A stretch of DNA of 64,000 bases from Alphaproteobacteria bacterium (GCA_045565315.1 JBJLFO010000001.1:977061-1041060), one strand, 5' to 3'; positions 10,528-22,580 are shown, counted from the stretch's first letter. The notes: generated from the sequence alone by a model not told the origin. A program made the numbers and translations.

Positions 10528-11889
10528 ATGAATTTTGTTAATGAAAATATTCCTGAGTATGGAGTAAGTGAAATATCAGCTGCCATTAAGCAGAAGATTG
10601 AGGATAGCTTTGGATATGTCAAAATTAAGGGCGAGGTATCGGGTCTCGCTATAAAAAATGGGATTGCATATTTGAAAATAAAAGAAAATGATGATGTAAT
10701 CAATGCAATCATTTTTAATAATGCCTATCGTCAATTAAAAATAAAACCCCAAGATGGATTAGAAGTTGTTGTATCTGGGAAAATAACAACATATTCAAAG
10801 AGGGGGATATCAAGCTATCAAATACAAGTGGATAATATTGAATTAGCTGGCGAAGGGGCCCTCCTCGCTCTTTTTGAGAAATTAAAAAAACAGTTACAGG
10901 AAGAAGGTTTGTTTGATAATAGATTTAAGAAGACAATTTCAAAATATCCAAGAAATATTATTATCATTACTTCAATTCATGGGGCAGTTATAAGGGATAT
11001 ATTGAGAGTATATAAGGATAATGGTTATCCTATCAATATTTCTATTTATGATGTATCCGTCCAGGGGGTAAAATGTCCAACTGAGATTAGTGAAGCGGTC
11101 GATAGGATAAATTTAATAGAAGAAACCAATAATCTCAGACCTGATATTATCCTTATAGCAAGAGGGGGAGGGAGCTTAGAAGATTTATGGGGATTTAATG
11201 ATGAAAGGCTAGTACGGAGTGTTTTTAATTCAACAATACCAATCGTAAGTGCGGTTGGCCATGAAACAGATAATACATTGATTGATTTTGTCTCAGATCT
11301 AAGAGCCCCGACTCCAACGAGTGCCGCTAATTTACTTTTTCCAAAGATTTATGAGATAGAGTCTTTAATTAAAAATAATCAAAGATTATTATTTTCAAAT
11401 TTAAATGATAAAATGGAAAAGCATGGCATGAAGCATAGTCAGTTAGAAAATATGATAGACTTTATGGGTCTAAATTTTATCACAGATATGAATCTACAAT
11501 TTGAAAAAATAAATTCAAAAATTTCAAAACAATCACTACTTGCTAATATTCTATCAAAAAAAATAGAATTTGAGAGTAACCTTGATTTCTTCTCCAGAGA
11601 AAAAATGAAATATATCAAAGACCAAAGGGATAATATGACAAGGCGTTTTGATAGAATTTTTAATCAAATACATTCAACACTCCCATTGCAGAAACAACAA
11701 TTGGAGGGATTACAAAGAATCCTTCAATCACTAAATTATAAGAATATCCTAAAAAGGGGATATACTCTCATAAGGGGAACAGATAAGGAGATTATTGGTT
11801 CAAAATATGAATCAAAAAGTTATAATTCATTCAACATATTATTTTCAGATGGCGAGATTAATGTCAAAAAAAATCAAGATAAAGAATAG
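10528..11889 (+). CDS. xseA: Exodeoxyribonuclease VII large subunit
   Basis: ARGGGSLEDLWGFN, SAVGHETD, DLRAPTPT and ILKRGY. Confidence 0.96.
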   Translation: MNFVNENIPEYGVSEISAAIKQKIEDSFGYVKIKGEVSGLAIKNGIAYLKIKENDDVINAIIFNNAYRQLKIKPQDGLEVVVSGKITTYSKRGISSYQIQVDNIELAGEGALLALFEKLKKQLQEEGLFDNRFKKTISKYPRNIIIITSIHGAVIRDILRVYKDNGYPINISIYDVSVQGVKCPTEISEAVDRINLIEETNNLRPDIILIARGGGSLEDLWGFNDERLVRSVFNSTIPIVSAVGHETDNTLIDFVSDLRAPTPTSAANLLFPKIYEIESLIKNNQRLLFSNLNDKMEKHGMKHSQLENMIDFMGLNFITDMNLQFEKINSKISKQSLLANILSKKIEFESNLDFFSREKMKYIKDQRDNMTRRFDRIFNQIHSTLPLQKQQLEGLQRILQSLNYKNILKRGYTLIRGTDKEIIGSKYESKSYNSFNILFSDGEINVKKNQDKE

Positions 11890-11900
11890 GTAGTAAACTT

Positions 11901-12116
11901 ATGAATAAATCTATAGATGATAAAATGGCTTTATTAAAATATAGACACGGTGAGTTTGATGTAATTCATGATGGACAATATGTATTATGCGGCATTAGTG
12001 GAAAAAAAATAGAAATATCAGATATTAAATATTGGTCAGTAGATAAACAAGAAGCTTATGTATCTCCAGAGTTTGCTTTAGAAGCATATAAGAAAAAAAC
12101 TAATACAGATAAATAA
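11901..12116 (+). CDS. DUF2093 domain protein
   Basis: GQYVLCGISG...KYWSVDKQEAY pattern; conserved xseA/lpxK neighbour. Confidence 0.8.
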   Translation: MNKSIDDKMALLKYRHGEFDVIHDGQYVLCGISGKKIEISDIKYWSVDKQEAYVSPEFALEAYKKKTNTDK

Positions 12117-12119
12117 TTA

Positions 12120-13094
12120 TTATAGGAATTTCTTTAAGCTCTCAACATCTTCAAATCTGACTTCCATGTCCAGAACATCAATTATTTCTCTCAATTCTCT
12201 TTTGGGGTCATTTATATCATTAAATCTTACATAATCTTTTGCCGTCGTTATCAAAGTATATTTATCAAATTTTCTTGAAATTTTTATTAGCGAATAGACA
12301 TCATTTCTTGAGTAGTAATGATGATTACTAAAAGTGATCTTTTCAATTACATTGGTACCAAGATCTTCAAGACTTGCGAAGAATTTCTTTGGTACACCAA
12401 TACCACAAAAAGCTATTCTATCTCTAACACTACTGTGTCTAAACACATAATTTATTGATGTATTTATTTTTATTTTATTCAAAGCCTCTATTTCTTTTTT
12501 AATTTTTTGTGGAATTCTATTATCATTTAGGAGAATTACAGCATCAGAAATTTCAATAGTTTTTCTGGTTATTCCAAGTAATTCACCAGATGGAAAAGGA
12601 CGATTATTATCAAGTTTCGTATTACCATCAATAACTAGAAGATTGACCTTATTTAGTATTGAAATATCCCTGAATCCATCATCCATTACGACAAAATTAT
12701 AGTTATTATTTTTTATTACTTCTAAGGCATCTTTCCGTTTTTTTGATACATATGTATCAATAGTTTTAGAAATCAAGAGTGGTTCATCTCCCACATCTTT
12801 TACGCTATGCTTATTATTAATTAAAGTTGGGATTTTTATAGATCCCTTATAGCCTTTGGCTAGTGCACAAGGATTTTTTTGATTAGCGATCAAAAAATTT
12901 AAAATAGCTATAACAACAGGTGTTTTTCCACCACCACCAATTAGAGGGCTACCAACAGATACTATTGGTATATCAGAAATATATTTCTTTTTTAGATAAT
13001 AGTGTAATTTAGATATTGAATAGTAGATAAAGCTAATTGGTATTAAAAAGCTTGATAAAATACCATTATCTTTCCAAAAAAATGGTCTATTCAT
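12120..13094 (-). CDS. lpxK: Tetraacyldisaccharide 4'-kinase
   Basis: GGGGKTP, GDEPLL, MDDGF, AFCGIG and ITTAKD. Start chosen at MNRPFFW (13094). Confidence 0.9.
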   Translation of the reverse strand: MNRPFFWKDNGILSSFLIPISFIYYSISKLHYYLKKKYISDIPIVSVGSPLIGGGGKTPVVIAILNFLIANQKNPCALAKGYKGSIKIPTLINNKHSVKDVGDEPLLISKTIDTYVSKKRKDALEVIKNNNYNFVVMDDGFRDISILNKVNLLVIDGNTKLDNNRPFPSGELLGITRKTIEISDAVILLNDNRIPQKIKKEIEALNKIKINTSINYVFRHSSVRDRIAFCGIGVPKKFFASLEDLGTNVIEKITFSNHHYYSRNDVYSLIKISRKFDKYTLITTAKDYVRFNDINDPKRELREIIDVLDMEVRFEDVESLKKFL

Positions 13095-14382
13095 TTTTGC
13101 TTTCCTCAATTTCTTCAAATATCAAATTTTTGATTTCTTTTATAACATTATCTCTTTTATTATTTATCACTTTTTCAAGATTACTCAGAGGCTCATTATT
13201 TTTTTTCTTGTCCTTAATAAAAATACTAATTTGTTCAAATAATTCTCTTTCATCACTAATCATATAAGTACAATTAAGTTGGCCGAGAGATTGATAAATA
13301 TCACTAAAATTCTGCGTATATTTACCATGGATCACTCTGCAATTGTGTTGAAGTGCTTCAATAGGATTATGTCCACCGTGATTTTGGAATGACCCACCTA
13401 ATATAGCAAAGTCTGATATTGCAAAATATGTGCCCAAAATACCAATCTGACTTACTATGAACAATTTAGTACTTTTATCATATATTTTTGAAGGCAAATA
13501 TGACCAATTCATTCTCTTCTGTTGAGCTAATTGAATTACTTCGTTAATTGTACTTGGATGTCTCGGCGCTATAATACAAACAAGATTTGGAAAAGATCTA
13601 AGGAGTTTCTCATGATTATTTATTATGAACTCATTCTCTTTTTTATGCGTAGATGCAGCTATATAGAATATTTTATCATTTATTGATTTTTTGAGTTTCT
13701 GATACTCATCTCTATTAATTGGAAGCTTTGGATTAGCAAATTTTATATTTTCTGATAGAATTGCATTAGATGCACTAAGATTATTTAATCTATCCAGTGT
13801 ATCTTTATCCTGGCAGGAAACTATATTTGGAATATTTATAAGCTTAGATGCTAATTGGCCTTGCCGAGACCAGTTTTTGTAGCTTCTTTTTGAGAGCCTT
13901 GCGTTTAAAATATAAAATGGAGTTTCACTTTTTTCTATTTCAAGAAAGTAATTCGGCCACATCTCAGATTCCATAAATATACAAATTTTAGGATTCCAAT
14001 GCTTGAGAAATTTAAGGATATATACTTTGATATCTAAGGGTAAGAATTGATGAATAATATTCTTATTTTTTGAATTATTTATCATCTCTGCCGAAGTTAT
14101 TGTACTAGTTGTAAGAAGAATATTTAATTCTGGAAAATTACGGAGAATAATTTCTGCAACCGTAAGTCCTGTATATGCTTCGCCAACACTTGCAGCGTGT
14201 ATCCAAATTATTTTTTTTTGAATTTTGACTGGCATATTCAAAGCAAGTTTTTGTTTAATGCTTATGCTTGTTTCTTTATCGTTCTTGAGCCTTAGTGATA
14301 GATAAATCTTTGCTACAACTCTAAATAAATTTGTTAAAATAGAATATATAAATATGCTGATATTTATTTTAATTTTCTTCAT
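13087..14382 (-). CDS. waaA: 3-deoxy-D-manno-octulosonic acid transferase
   Basis: WIHAASVGE, ESEMWPN, NARLS, ASTH, APRHP and GGHNPIE. Start chosen at ATG 14382. Confidence 0.95.
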   Translation of the reverse strand: MKKIKINISIFIYSILTNLFRVVAKIYLSLRLKNDKETSISIKQKLALNMPVKIQKKIIWIHAASVGEAYTGLTVAEIILRNFPELNILLTTSTITSAEMINNSKNKNIIHQFLPLDIKVYILKFLKHWNPKICIFMESEMWPNYFLEIEKSETPFYILNARLSKRSYKNWSRQGQLASKLINIPNIVSCQDKDTLDRLNNLSASNAILSENIKFANPKLPINRDEYQKLKKSINDKIFYIAASTHKKENEFIINNHEKLLRSFPNLVCIIAPRHPSTINEVIQLAQQKRMNWSYLPSKIYDKSTKLFIVSQIGILGTYFAISDFAILGGSFQNHGGHNPIEALQHNCRVIHGKYTQNFSDIYQSLGQLNCTYMISDERELFEQISIFIKDKKKNNEPLSNLEKVINNKRDNVIKEIKNLIFEEIEESKNE

Positions 14383-14389
14383 GGCATTA

Positions 14390-15256
14390 TTATATTGATA
14401 CCAAAATAGAAGCACATATTAAGGATCCAATATACTTGTTCATTGAAAAGAAATTTGCACAGGATTGTATATCATCAATTCGAAGCCTTTTAATGAGAAA
14501 TGAGGTATATAAAAAAGCTCCAAGAAATAAAAATAAACTGATATTTTTAACACTTATCATCATTAAAGATATTAACATAATCAAAAAACTAAGGCTGTAA
14601 AATAACCAAATAATTTTTTTAGATTTTTTCCCAAATAATACGGATGTAGATTTGATACCTATCTTCTGATCATCATTTATATCTTGATAACCATAGACAG
14701 TATCGTAACCTAATGTCCAAAAAATGGAGGATAAATAAATTAGAAACATCTCCAGTTGAACTGAATTTGATATTGCTGTCCAGCCAAGAAGAACTCCCCA
14801 ATTGAATGTAATCCCCAAAAATAATTGTGGCCAATACGTAATCCGCTTCATGAATGGATATATTACTACTAAGGCCATTGAAGAGATTCCAAGAAAGATT
14901 GTTAATAGATTAAAGCTTATTAATATTAAGAAACTAAAAAATAATAGTAAGCATAATAGAAGTATTGCCTCATAGATACTCATACTTTGATTAGCTAAAG
15001 GTCTATTTTTTGTTCTTTCTACTTTAGCATCAATATTCCTATCAATTATATCATTAAAAATACACCCCGAAGATCTCATAAGTATGGCCCCAAGGAGAAA
15101 TAGAGCAATAATTTCCATATTTATTTCTTGATTTGTATAAATTGATCCAGCGGCTGAACCGTATAAGCAGGGTATAAATAGAAGGATCCAGCCTGTTGGT
15201 CTATCAAGGCGGGTAATTAGAAGATAGTTTCGGATTTTTTTTTTAATCGCATTCAC
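14390..15256 (-). CDS. ubiA: 4-hydroxybenzoate octaprenyltransferase
   Basis: RLDRPTG, NDIIDRNIDAKVERTKNRPL, YPFMKR and YDTVYGYQD. GTG at 15256 is probable; TTG at 15310 is the alternative. Confidence 0.95.
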   Translation of the reverse strand: MNAIKKKIRNYLLITRLDRPTGWILLFIPCLYGSAAGSIYTNQEINMEIIALFLLGAILMRSSGCIFNDIIDRNIDAKVERTKNRPLANQSMSIYEAILLLCLLLFFSFLILISFNLLTIFLGISSMALVVIYPFMKRITYWPQLFLGITFNWGVLLGWTAISNSVQLEMFLIYLSSIFWTLGYDTVYGYQDINDDQKIGIKSTSVLFGKKSKKIIWLFYSLSFLIMLISLMMISVKNISLFLFLGAFLYTSFLIKRLRIDDIQSCANFFSMNKYIGSLICASILVSI

Positions 15257-15325
15257 AATATTATCTTGTATAATTTCTCTTAATATTATTGATTTACCCC
15301 CTGATTTCAAGAATTATATAAATAT

Positions 15326-16075
15326 ATGGATAATAAAACAAATAATCTCTCACACAAAAGTATAAGGCTTTTTACAAATAATACTTTGGAGAGACATTTA
15401 TTAATAAAAATTGATGGGGAGGACTATCATTATTTAAAAAATGTGATGAGAATATCTTCAGGCGATGAGCTATTTCTCTTCAATGGTATTGAGGGTGAAT
15501 GGAAATCTAAAGTAGTCCAAATCACTAGAAAATATATCAAATTAGAAATTCTACATAAAAATAGAGAACAAATTAATTATACTAATATTGAATGCTTCTT
15601 TTCTCCATTAAATAATAATAGGCACAATTACATAATAGAAAAACTTACAGAGTTGGGTATCTTATCTTTTACTCCTGTCTTAACTTCTTACTGTAATATT
15701 AGAAAATTTAATCAGAGTAAAGCCTTCCTTAGGGGGAAAGAAGCCGCAGAGCAGTGTGGGCTTCTGCAGGTACCAAATGTAAATGAAATGATTAAATTTA
15801 ATGAATTACTTAAGCAAGAATTTAAGAATAAAATTCTAATATTTTTTGATGAAGAGTCACCACTTAAAAACCCAATTGAAATTATAAATTCATTAAAGGG
15901 TAAAAAAATTTCTTTTTTGATTGGACCAGAAGGAGGTTTTTCTGATATTGAAAGAGCTAGTATTCTTGAGTTGAATAATGTTGTAAGATTATCTTTGGGT
16001 TCAAGAATATTAAGAGCTGATACAGCAGCTATTGTTTCCGCTTCAATAATACAATTTACTTTTGGAGATATTTAG
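15326..16075 (+). CDS. rsmE: 16S rRNA m3U1498 methyltransferase
   Basis: HYLKNVMR, EKLTELG, EAAEQC, IGPEGGF and RILRADTA. Confidence 0.96.
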   Translation: MDNKTNNLSHKSIRLFTNNTLERHLLIKIDGEDYHYLKNVMRISSGDELFLFNGIEGEWKSKVVQITRKYIKLEILHKNREQINYTNIECFFSPLNNNRHNYIIEKLTELGILSFTPVLTSYCNIRKFNQSKAFLRGKEAAEQCGLLQVPNVNEMIKFNELLKQEFKNKILIFFDEESPLKNPIEIINSLKGKKISFLIGPEGGFSDIERASILELNNVVRLSLGSRILRADTAAIVSASIIQFTFGDI

Positions 16076-16135
16076 AGAAAGTTAGCTTTGACCTGTTATT
16101 TAAAAAGAATTAAAAAAAAGTAAGATAAGAATTTT

Positions 16136-17491
16136 ATGAATAAACTTTTATCAGAAAGTGATCTTATTGATTATTTCATTGCCGGTTCAAAAGAAAAAGA
16201 AAATTGGACAATTGGTACTGAAAATGAGAAATTTCTATTTGGTAAAGAAAATTTTTTACCTGTGCCATATGATGGTAGTAAAAGTATTGTTGAGATTTTT
16301 AGAATACTTATTTCCGAATTTTCTTGGAAGCCAATTCTAGAAGAAGAAAAAATCATAGGTTTAACAGATATCGCTAATGATAAAAATATTACTCTAGAAC
16401 CAGGAGGTCAAATTGAATTATCGGGAGCAAAATGTTCAAATTTACATCAAACATTTGACGAGATCCAAAATTATAATAAGCAATTAGAATTTGTATGTAA
16501 AAAATTGGATATAGGAGCTCTAGAGATTGGTTTCTGTCCCGATTGGCGACTAAGTGATATGCCAAGAGTTCCAAAAAAGCGCTATACAATTATGCGAAAA
16601 TATATGCCATCTGTTGGAAAAAATGGATTAGATATGATGCATAGAACTGCAACTACCCAGGTTAATCTCGATTATTCATCTGAGATAGATATGAAAAAGA
16701 AATTTAAAGTTAGTATGGCATTACAGCCTCTTATTTCCATGATGTTTTATAATAGTCCATTTAATGAAGGAAGTTTGTCAGGTTTATTCTCATATAGAAG
16801 TAAAGTCTGGAAATATACAGATCCTACAAGAGCAGGTTACTTATCATTTGTATTTGATAAGTCCTTCAACTTTGACACATATACTCAGTATGCCTTAGAC
16901 ATACCAATGTATTTTATTTTACGTGAAGGAAAATACGAGCAAACCAAAAATCTTACTTTTAGAAACTTTCTACTAAATGGGTACAAAAGTAATAGCGGAA
17001 AAAGATATATTGCTGATATACAAGATTGGGAGTTACACCTTTCAACTTTATTCCCTCAAGTTCGATTAAAAAAATTTATTGAAATGCGAGGTGCCGACTC
17101 CGGAAACCAAAATTTAATAATGAGTTTGGCAGCAATATGGACGGGACTTTTATATAGCCAAGTTTCATTAGATGCATGTCACGATATAATATCTAAATGG
17201 ACCTTTGAAGATATAGTTCAATTAGATATTTCTTTAAATAGTGAAGGTTTTGAAGCAAAATTTAAAAACTATAAATTATCTGAATTATTATCTGAATTAT
17301 TAGATCTATCAAAGCATGGATTAAAAGATAGGAATAGAAAAGACTCTAAAAATCAATTAGAAGATATATATTTAGAAGAGCTATTTGAAATAGTAAAAAA
17401 TCAGAAGACCCCAGCACATAATTTAATTGAGCAGTATTCAAGATTATGGTCAAAAGATATACTTAATATCTATAGTCATTTTAATTCATAA
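16136..17491 (+). CDS. gshA: Glutamate--cysteine ligase (alphaproteobacterial/plant type)
   Basis: IGTENEKF, TLEPGGQIELSG, QVNLD, HLSTLFP and EMRGAD. Confidence 0.95.
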   Translation: MNKLLSESDLIDYFIAGSKEKENWTIGTENEKFLFGKENFLPVPYDGSKSIVEIFRILISEFSWKPILEEEKIIGLTDIANDKNITLEPGGQIELSGAKCSNLHQTFDEIQNYNKQLEFVCKKLDIGALEIGFCPDWRLSDMPRVPKKRYTIMRKYMPSVGKNGLDMMHRTATTQVNLDYSSEIDMKKKFKVSMALQPLISMMFYNSPFNEGSLSGLFSYRSKVWKYTDPTRAGYLSFVFDKSFNFDTYTQYALDIPMYFILREGKYEQTKNLTFRNFLLNGYKSNSGKRYIADIQDWELHLSTLFPQVRLKKFIEMRGADSGNQNLIMSLAAIWTGLLYSQVSLDACHDIISKWTFEDIVQLDISLNSEGFEAKFKNYKLSELLSELLDLSKHGLKDRNRKDSKNQLEDIYLEELFEIVKNQKTPAHNLIEQYSRLWSKDILNIYSHFNS

Positions 17492-17506
17492 ATAGAGGAA
17501 AAGCAT

Positions 17507-18679
17507 ATTAATAAGATCCCTCCTTCAATTTGGTTACTAGCCGCTGTCACCGGTCTTGCCCCCTTAACACTGAATTTAATAGTTCCCTCCTTACCTTCTC
17601 TATCGATACATTTTGATATTAGTTATGCCAGTGCTCAAATTGCAATATCAGCATTTATTATCTCAATGGCAATTGGCCAAATATTCATAGGGCCGCTATC
17701 TGATGCCTATGGAAGACGATCAATATTGATGTACGGAATAATAATTTTTTTAATTGGTACTTTAATATGTAGTTTCGCGACAACAGTTGAAGCACTAATC
17801 TTTGGTAGATTTATTCAAGCATTTGGTGGTGTTGCTGGAGTTGTTCTGGGCAGGGCAATTATTAGAGATGTCTACTCAAGGGAGAAGTCCGCAAGTGCAT
17901 TAGGATACGTAACATCAGTAATGGTGATAGCCCCAATGGTTGCACCGCCAGTTGGGGGATTATTAGAAGATATATTTGGTTGGAGGAGTATATTTTATCT
18001 AATGTTTTTTGTTGGATGTGTATTACTGATAAATATTTATATCAATTTACCAGAAACAAAAACTGATAACAGAATAAAGGGTGATATAAGATCTCTAGTT
18101 GGAAGTTTTAACGAGTTATTGAAATTACCGAAATTTATATTCTATACCATAACTATGGCATGCTCTAATTCCATGTTCTTCACATTCTTAGGGGTTGCAC
18201 CATTCTTGGTTATCCAAAAATTAGATTTCACACCAACTCAATACGGATTTACTTTTATGCTAATTTCATTAGCCTTCATGGCCGGAAGTTTTACCACAGC
18301 AAGATTATCGGAACGACTTGGATCGCTTAGGATGATAAGTTACGCTGTATTTGGTACAATAATCGGATCAATATTAATGCTTATTATATTCCTCTCTGGA
18401 GTTATTAATATTTACATTATTTTCGGTGCAATGATGGTCATAACTTATTCAAATGGGATTGTAATACCAAATATTATTGCAAATATAGTAAGTATTAAGC
18501 CACAATTAGCAGGAGCAGCATCAGGCCTCTCAGGTTGTGTTCAATATACACTTGCTGCCATATCTTCTTACGTTGCTGCATTATTGGCTTCTATTGATGT
18601 TATATACATGCCCTTACAGTTAATAATTCTTGCTTTGGTGGGCACATGCACTTTTTATATTGCTGAGGCAATTAAGTAA
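17507..18679 (+). CDS. Bcr/CflA family MFS efflux transporter (probable ATT start)
   Basis: Motif A GPLSDAYGRR, RFIQAFG, RAIIRD and LPET. The frame upstream of the ORF-track ATG (17666) encodes the typical TM1 region (WLLAAVTGLAPLTLNLIVPSLP). GAGGA lies 7 nt before ATT at 17507. Product call is firm; the start is inferred. Confidence 0.85.
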   Translation: MNKIPPSIWLLAAVTGLAPLTLNLIVPSLPSLSIHFDISYASAQIAISAFIISMAIGQIFIGPLSDAYGRRSILMYGIIIFLIGTLICSFATTVEALIFGRFIQAFGGVAGVVLGRAIIRDVYSREKSASALGYVTSVMVIAPMVAPPVGGLLEDIFGWRSIFYLMFFVGCVLLINIYINLPETKTDNRIKGDIRSLVGSFNELLKLPKFIFYTITMACSNSMFFTFLGVAPFLVIQKLDFTPTQYGFTFMLISLAFMAGSFTTARLSERLGSLRMISYAVFGTIIGSILMLIIFLSGVINIYIIFGAMMVITYSNGIVIPNIIANIVSIKPQLAGAASGLSGCVQYTLAAISSYVAALLASIDVIYMPLQLIILALVGTCTFYIAEAIK

Positions 18680-18685
18680 TTTTTT

Positions 18686-19201
18686 TTACTCTTCACTATA
18701 TAAAATAGCTACATTATTTTTAATATGCTTATACAGTTCTTTTGATGGGAAACCATTAGCTATTAGGCTATTATTTTGCTGATAACTCTTAATCGCATCG
18801 GCAGTATTTTGTGTAAATGATCCATCATAAACTCCGACATAATATCCAAGACTAATTAATGCAATTTGTGTATTATAGACCATACTTATGGGATATTCTG
18901 TTGATATAATCTGATTATTTTCTATGTAATTTTCTATGTAAGCATCATTATTTACTGAGGATGTGTTATCACCTTGCTTTTCAGCTTCATTTATTCGAGA
19001 AGTTACTCCGATTAATGCACCAATTAATGCGCCAGCCTTCGCACCATCATCACCATCGATAGCGGAACCAATTCCACCTCCAATCCCTGCTCCACATAGC
19101 AAACCACCTCCAGGTCCATCACATAGTTTTCCAACGGACTCAGATACAAAAATCATGTTTACCATAACAAGTAAGAGAATTATTGCTATTAAATTTCTCA
19201 T
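18686..19201 (-). CDS. Secreted glycine-zipper protein with C-terminal peptidoglycan-binding domain
   Basis: Signal peptide; GAGIGGGIGSAI...GAKAGALIGALIG zipper; QIALISLGY...DG...TADAIKSYQ...L..NG (PG_binding_1 pattern). Confidence 0.75.
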   Translation of the reverse strand: MRNLIAIILLLVMVNMIFVSESVGKLCDGPGGGLLCGAGIGGGIGSAIDGDDGAKAGALIGALIGVTSRINEAEKQGDNTSSVNNDAYIENYIENNQIISTEYPISMVYNTQIALISLGYYVGVYDGSFTQNTADAIKSYQQNNSLIANGFPSKELYKHIKNNVAILYSEE

Positions 19202-19274
19202 TTTTTCACCTATAGAATAAAAGATTATTTATAATAATTATTGTATAATTTAAGTAATATTACTAGTGATATTT

Positions 19275-19829
19275 TTATTTATTTTCTAATTGCTTATACA
19301 TTTCGGCAAATCCAATTGAATTAATCAAATATCCAATTGTATTATTTTTTTTTAAATTTTTAATACCAATTATAAATTTATCATCTGCGAGTAGTTTTTC
19401 GATTAGCGGATTCTGCATTGAAATCGAATATTCACAACTATTTTCGTAACAATCTTTATTATCCAGATCAAAATTCATACCCCTTGAACTTGTTAATAAT
19501 GTAATCTTATCTGCTAATGATTCTGTATCGTAGACATTCATAATAGTCACGAACATATAATTCTTATTATTTATTAGAATTGATAGGGTCGTGTCGTCAC
19601 TCTTAGATTTGACAAACTGACTCATCGAACAGTCTTTAGTATTATTCTCTTCACATGTGACGGACCAAAAATCCCCTTCGGCTTTAAGATATCCTATAAA
19701 TTTGTCTTGAATATAAATCCTATTTTTATTTAATTCGTATGAGTTTGCATTTATATTAGATAAATGAGCTTGGAATAATACAAAAATGGCTATAATAAAG
19801 ATGTAATATTTTATATTTTTAAAGTACAT
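19275..19829 (-). CDS. Invasion-associated locus B (IalB)-like periplasmic protein
   Basis: Signal peptide, WSVTC...C.MSQ, second Cys pair, C-terminal GFAEMY; conserved position divergent from coxB. Confidence 0.65.
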   Translation of the reverse strand: MYFKNIKYYIFIIAIFVLFQAHLSNINANSYELNKNRIYIQDKFIGYLKAEGDFWSVTCEENNTKDCSMSQFVKSKSDDTTLSILINNKNYMFVTIMNVYDTESLADKITLLTSSRGMNFDLDNKDCYENSCEYSISMQNPLIEKLLADDKFIIGIKNLKKNNTIGYLINSIGFAEMYKQLENK

Positions 19830-20030
19830 TTGTCCACTAATCTGATTAGCAACCTTTTTAATTAATTATTTTAATTCTACAGGAAATAAATAAATACCAA
19901 ATTAATAAAATAAATATTTTTTCCAAAAATTTATTAGGATTAACCTATTGATTACTTGTGTAAAAAATATTATCTCTATATAAAAGTAATTACTAAAACT
20001 GCATATAATTTTTAATTCAGGATACTATCT

Positions 20031-20900
20031 ATGAAGCTATCAAAAAATCTAAGTTTTACTCATAAATTTATACTTGCTTTATCTACAATGATAATTGCGA
20101 TGAATTCTCCTTTATTTGCTGCTGAAAATATTGGAGTTCCACAAGATTATCAGATGATATTCCAGGATGCAGCTACACCAAATATGGCAGATATTACTTG
20201 GTTTCATAACTTATTCCTATTTCCGGTGATGCTTGCAATAGCGTTATTTGTTACATTGCTTCTCATTTATGTAATGTTTAAATTCAGTGCTAAAAAAAAT
20301 CCTAAACCATCAAAAACATCTCATAATTCTCTAATCGAAGTTTTATGGACTGTGATACCTGTGATAATTCTGGTGGCTATCTCCATTCCGTCATTCAGAA
20401 TTTTGTACACGCAACAGGCAATACCAGTTGATGCCGACTTGACAGTAAAAGCGACTGGCTATCAATGGTATTGGGGTTATGAATATCCTGATAATGATGC
20501 AATATATTTTGACTCACTTCCACTTGAGGAAGAAGAACTTACTGAAGGAAAGATCAGACTACTATCAGTAGATAACCCTCTAGTAGTTCCCGCGGGGAAA
20601 GTTGTAAGAGTTCAAGTTACATCATCTGACGTAATACACAACTGGGCTGTTCCATCTTTTGGTGTCAAAATGGACGCAATACCTGGCAGGTTGAATGAAA
20701 CTTGGTTCAAAGTTGATAAACCAGGTGTTTATTATGGTATGTGCTCGGAATTATGTGGAGTCCGTCACTCATTTATGCCCATTGAAGTCCACGTACTCGA
20801 ACAGAAGGATTATAATAATTGGCTGAATATGGCCAAAGACCAGTTTGCAAATAATAATTATTTTCAAAATAATAAACAACTAGTAAGATTAGTTAATTAA
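20031..20900 (+). CDS. coxB: Cytochrome c oxidase subunit II
   Basis: GYQWYWGYEY, DVIHNW and the CuA site CSELCGVRHSFM. Confidence 0.98.
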   Translation: MKLSKNLSFTHKFILALSTMIIAMNSPLFAAENIGVPQDYQMIFQDAATPNMADITWFHNLFLFPVMLAIALFVTLLLIYVMFKFSAKKNPKPSKTSHNSLIEVLWTVIPVIILVAISIPSFRILYTQQAIPVDADLTVKATGYQWYWGYEYPDNDAIYFDSLPLEEEELTEGKIRLLSVDNPLVVPAGKVVRVQVTSSDVIHNWAVPSFGVKMDAIPGRLNETWFKVDKPGVYYGMCSELCGVRHSFMPIEVHVLEQKDYNNWLNMAKDQFANNNYFQNNKQLVRLVN

Positions 20901-22580
<1,680 letters not shown>

